Part shown: positions 14,744 to 14,971 of the stretch, piece after piece
How positions within the stretch are numbered: position 1 is the first letter of the stretch
How the letters are laid out: each line of letters starts with the position of its first letter
From: Candidatus Tepidifontimicrobium thermophilum
Lineage (GTDB): Bacteria > Sysuimicrobiota > Sysuimicrobiia > Sysuimicrobiales > Sysuimicrobiaceae
Reading direction: 5' to 3'
DNA: 14,971 nucleotides
Assembly: GCA_031459915.1 (NCBI GenBank)
Contig: JAVKHO010000030.1
Coordinates: 1-14,971, forward strand
Position numbers and translations under genes: made by a program
Notes under the pieces: model-generated
Databases searched by the model: none
Told to the model about the DNA's origin: nothing
What the model saw: only the letters and a program-made list of their open reading frames with translations

Positions 14744-14774
14744 GTAGGCTAGACAAGCTTCAGACATAACCAGC

Positions 14775-14971
14775 GTGGTAGGAGCGTCTCAGGTCCAGCT
14801 CATCAGCTACCTCCGGCAGACCGTCCGGGAGCCAGGCCGGGTCCCCAGGTACGAGCGCCTCGCCGTGCACCTGGCGCGGGAGATCCGGCAGGGTCGCCTG
14901 GCAGCCGGCACCTGCCTGCCCCCGGAGCCCGAGCTGGCTGCCCTCCTCGGCGTGAGCCGCCAGACCGTCCA
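14775..14971 (+). CDS. GntR-family transcriptional regulator, 3'-truncated by the window end
   Basis: ...RVPRYERLAVHLAREIRQGRLAAGTCLPPEPELAALLGVSRQTV is a GntR wHTH. Start GTG 14775 is tentative. Confidence 0.88.
   Translation, partial: MVGASQVQLISYLRQTVREPGRVPRYERLAVHLAREIRQGRLAAGTCLPPEPELAALLGVSRQTV

Overview
GC-rich bacterial chromosomal window; the EF-P loop and gene style suggest a thermophilic lineage, but the taxon cannot be fixed from the sequence. Left end (1-2078): decayed remains of an element integrated at the 3' end of tRNA-Arg(TCT). It holds an integrase pseudogene that the ORF track misses, a truncated REP-associated tyrosine transposase (RAYT) joined tail-to-tail with it, a probable IS21 scrap, a scramblase/LURP-one-like gene and the end of a PD-(D/E)XK-like gene. 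Middle (2079-11517, all minus strand, in transcription order): exported TPR protein, catalytically degenerate GGDEF protein with an intact RxxD site, efp (Arg-type LGRG loop), Fe3+/AfuABC-type ABC transporter, ArsR-type regulator, MFS transporter, moaB and tRNA-Arg. The 590-bp gap at 11518-12108 is the most unusual part: a run of hairpins whose G-U pairs work only on the minus strand, headed by an orphan strong Shine-Dalgarno and an A-rich motif. It is a candidate large non-coding RNA. Right end: panE/apbA-family reductase, convergent CDF transporter, a pseudogenised coiled-coil repeat gene, and a sigma70 promoter in front of a partial GntR regulator.
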